DNA of 24,801 nucleotides from an uncultured virus (IMG/VR IMGVR_UViG_3300025769_000082) (taxonomy: Duplodnaviria; Heunggongvirae; Uroviricota; Caudoviricetes), in the IMG/VR virus record IMGVR_UViG_3300025769_000082. The stretch is one strand, 5' to 3'. Of this stretch, positions 22,778-24,801 are shown in pieces; positions within the stretch are counted from its first letter, which is position 1, and each line of letters opens with the position of its first letter. A model generated the notes under the pieces. It was not told the DNA's origin. It was given only the letters and a program-made list of their open reading frames with translations, and made no database searches. The position numbers and the translations under genes were made by a program.

Positions 22778-24801
22778 CTACTCGTCCGTGCGGGACACGG
22801 GTGAAACATTCGCATCCTCGGCTTCCTCTTGTCCTTGGATGCCGGGGATGTTGTTGAGCAAATACGTCTTCAATTTTGCCCGGTGGGCGTTCGTGTCTTT
22901 CAACAGAAGCATTTTCGCGAACTCAGGGTCCAAGACGAGGTTGTCAATCGCCCCGGCTGTGAGTTCTTTGGGGTTGGCCCCCGTGATGTTTTGGAGCAGT
23001 TCTGTGATACGGAAAACGCCGCGACCTTTGACGATCCCAAAGTAGGACGCCGCCAAAATCCTAACACTCTCGGAGGATTTCGCGATAATGGTCGCGGTGT
23101 CGGACCCCCCGGTAACTTTCTGATCTATCCGGGCCATTTCTTGAAGGCGGGAATACGCCCCGTCGAGGGCTTTCATTTCTGTTTCGGTTATCCCGGAAGA
23201 TAACAAGGCTTCGCGTGTCTTGGGGTCTTTTATGACGTTCTTGAGTTTAGCCATAGAGATCGCCTCTTGGCCCGCCTCTCCGCCTGTCTCACGAAGACCT
23301 CTGGCGTTTCGCAAAACCCACTGCCGGGCGGCAGTCTTAACCCCTTCTTGGGCCTGTTCGTTGTCCCCGACTGCATCCAAGATTTCCGCCATCTTCCGTT
23401 TCGGGTTCCGAGCCTTCAATGCCGCGCCGACCGCTTCAACTGGGTCAGCGCCGTCTAGCATCAACCGGGCGGCGGAGTTTTTGTGTTCCGCTTCCGTCAT
23501 CTTGAGGTTGCTGTTGGCGTTGTCGAGAGCCTGTCTCGCATCATCAGAGATTTTGACCCCAGAGGCGGCTTGGTTCCGAACTCGGTTCAGTTCGTCCAAG
23601 ACATCGGGGAAATCTTTGAGGACGGATTTCCGTGTCTCAATGATCTTTTCCAGCGCCGAGACATTGATCGTGCCGTCGGCGCGAACTGCGCCGCTTGCAG
23701 CAATCTCGGAGAACACATGGTCTCGAACAGCTTGTCTCGCCGCTTTCGGGTCTTTGACGCGCTTAATGGTCTCGGCCAACTGCGCCGACCCCTCGGGGCT
23801 GCCGAGGTATTTTCTGGCGGTTTGGGACGCATTGGACCGAGCCGGGTCCGTCCGAATATCTGCCGCCATCTTGCCGCCCACGCCGTCGCGTTGGATCGGG
23901 GCAAATTCATCAGCGAAGTAATCTTTCGCCTTCTGCGCCCGGCGACCCGCCTGTTTCGAGCCGGGGGTGTTCGCCATTTGGGTCAAAACACTGTCGTACT
24001 GGGATTTGACGGTCGTCAGGTGTTGAACGACGTCACCGGCACCAGCGCGTTTTGCTTCTTCAATGGCACCACTGAGGGTGCCGCGAAGGTTATTCATGTC
24101 TTGGAACGTGACCGCCTGAGACAGGTCGTCCAAGACGTCTTTGGCATACTTGTCGATCCGCTTGACCGTCGAACCCGGCAACGTCTGTCTCAAGTTGTTG
24201 ATCGTACCGGCCATAGCGTTGTTCGCCGGGACAGAGACGCGGTTATTGGGGTCAATCGCGTCAAACTTGTCCGACTTTGTTTTGGTCATGTCTCGGTTGA
24301 GGTCAACCAACTGGTCGTCGAGTTGCTGGCTCGCGGCGGGGCCATTCCCACGGTTTGCGGCCAGATCAGCCCCCTGTTGGAGGTTCGCCGCATCCGCAGC
24401 GTTTACGGCTTGCTGTGCGCTGGACACGTCAGCTTGCCGGGCCGCGATGTCTGCGTTCTGGTTGACACGGATCGCATCAATGCTTGTCTCAGGGGACGCC
24501 ATCCCCTGCGTGTTTGTCGCGTTTTCAACCGTATCCGCAATAGCCGCCCGGTTTTGCTGGGTTCGACCCAATGCCTCGGGAGAAGTTGACGCTTTCTTTT
24601 CCAACGCCAGCAGCATCGGATCGTTCGTAGCGGTGCCAGTAGTCGGTTGGAAACCGTCGTCGGCAGAGCGGGCGACACTTTCGTCGATGTTTTGCGTGAT
24701 ACGTTGGATCGCCTCGTCTCGGGTCTCCCCGGGGCGCACGATGATACTATTTTGCATTTCTTTTGCGAGTTTATTTTCGATGTTCGCGGCAGATGCTCCG
24801 C
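22778..24801 (-). CDS. Large alpha-helical internal virion/DNA-ejection-like protein, C-terminal part
   Basis: The frame stays open upstream of ATG 24757 to the window edge; Ala/Gln/Asn-rich and helical; located at the end of the virion module. Confidence 0.65.
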   Translation of the reverse strand, partial: GASAANIENKLAKEMQNSIIVRPGETRDEAIQRITQNIDESVARSADDGFQPTTGTATNDPMLLALEKKASTSPEALGRTQQNRAAIADTVENATNTQGMASPETSIDAIRVNQNADIAARQADVSSAQQAVNAADAANLQQGADLAANRGNGPAASQQLDDQLVDLNRDMTKTKSDKFDAIDPNNRVSVPANNAMAGTINNLRQTLPGSTVKRIDKYAKDVLDDLSQAVTFQDMNNLRGTLSGAIEEAKRAGAGDVVQHLTTVKSQYDSVLTQMANTPGSKQAGRRAQKAKDYFADEFAPIQRDGVGGKMAADIRTDPARSNASQTARKYLGSPEGSAQLAETIKRVKDPKAARQAVRDHVFSEIAASGAVRADGTINVSALEKIIETRKSVLKDFPDVLDELNRVRNQAASGVKISDDARQALDNANSNLKMTEAEHKNSAARLMLDGADPVEAVGAALKARNPKRKMAEILDAVGDNEQAQEGVKTAARQWVLRNARGLRETGGEAGQEAISMAKLKNVIKDPKTREALLSSGITETEMKALDGAYSRLQEMARIDQKVTGGSDTATIIAKSSESVRILAASYFGIVKGRGVFRITELLQNITGANPKELTAGAIDNLVLDPEFAKMLLLKDTNAHRAKLKTYLLNNIPGIQGQEEAEDANVSPVSRTDE

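Noticed and set aside
20615..24801. tRNA as a prophage boundary followed by host chromosome
   Set aside because: Genes right of the tRNA look like phage virion genes and share the same RAGAC-rich signature.

Overview
About 25 kb of a temperate tailed phage, probably with an alphaproteobacterial host, apparently in its non-integrated form. An intact tRNA-Thr(GGT)/attP-like site has phage genes on both sides. Leftward late-type genes run off the left edge and re-enter at the right edge, as expected for a circular or permuted genome. Left to right: (1) the start of a virion gene; (2) a sharply bounded, very GC-rich ~5.4 kb island with a restricted oligonucleotide vocabulary (~494-5850), carrying HGGxSTG-like and terminase-small-like genes leftward and, rightward, an operon of MoxR-type AAA+ ATPase, HExxH-peptidase/vWA protein and an unannotated 34-aa membrane peptide, bracketed by tandem arrays and a degenerate inverted repeat; (3) an iteron/IHF origin-like region; (4) an APSE-like replication module (primase-helicase, PolA, SSB, Cas4-like nuclease, SNF2 helicase, RuvC-like resolvase); (5) small accessory genes, including a HicA-like/lipoprotein fusion; (6) a cro/cI switch; (7) xis-int plus an ADP-ribosyltransferase-fold gene; (8) the tRNA; (9) the end of the virion module. 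Two cis-element networks were read directly from the DNA: an AT(A/C)AC-N5-GTTAT operator-like dyad and an ACACTCGA leader motif. All family assignments are by motif recognition; no database searches were run.
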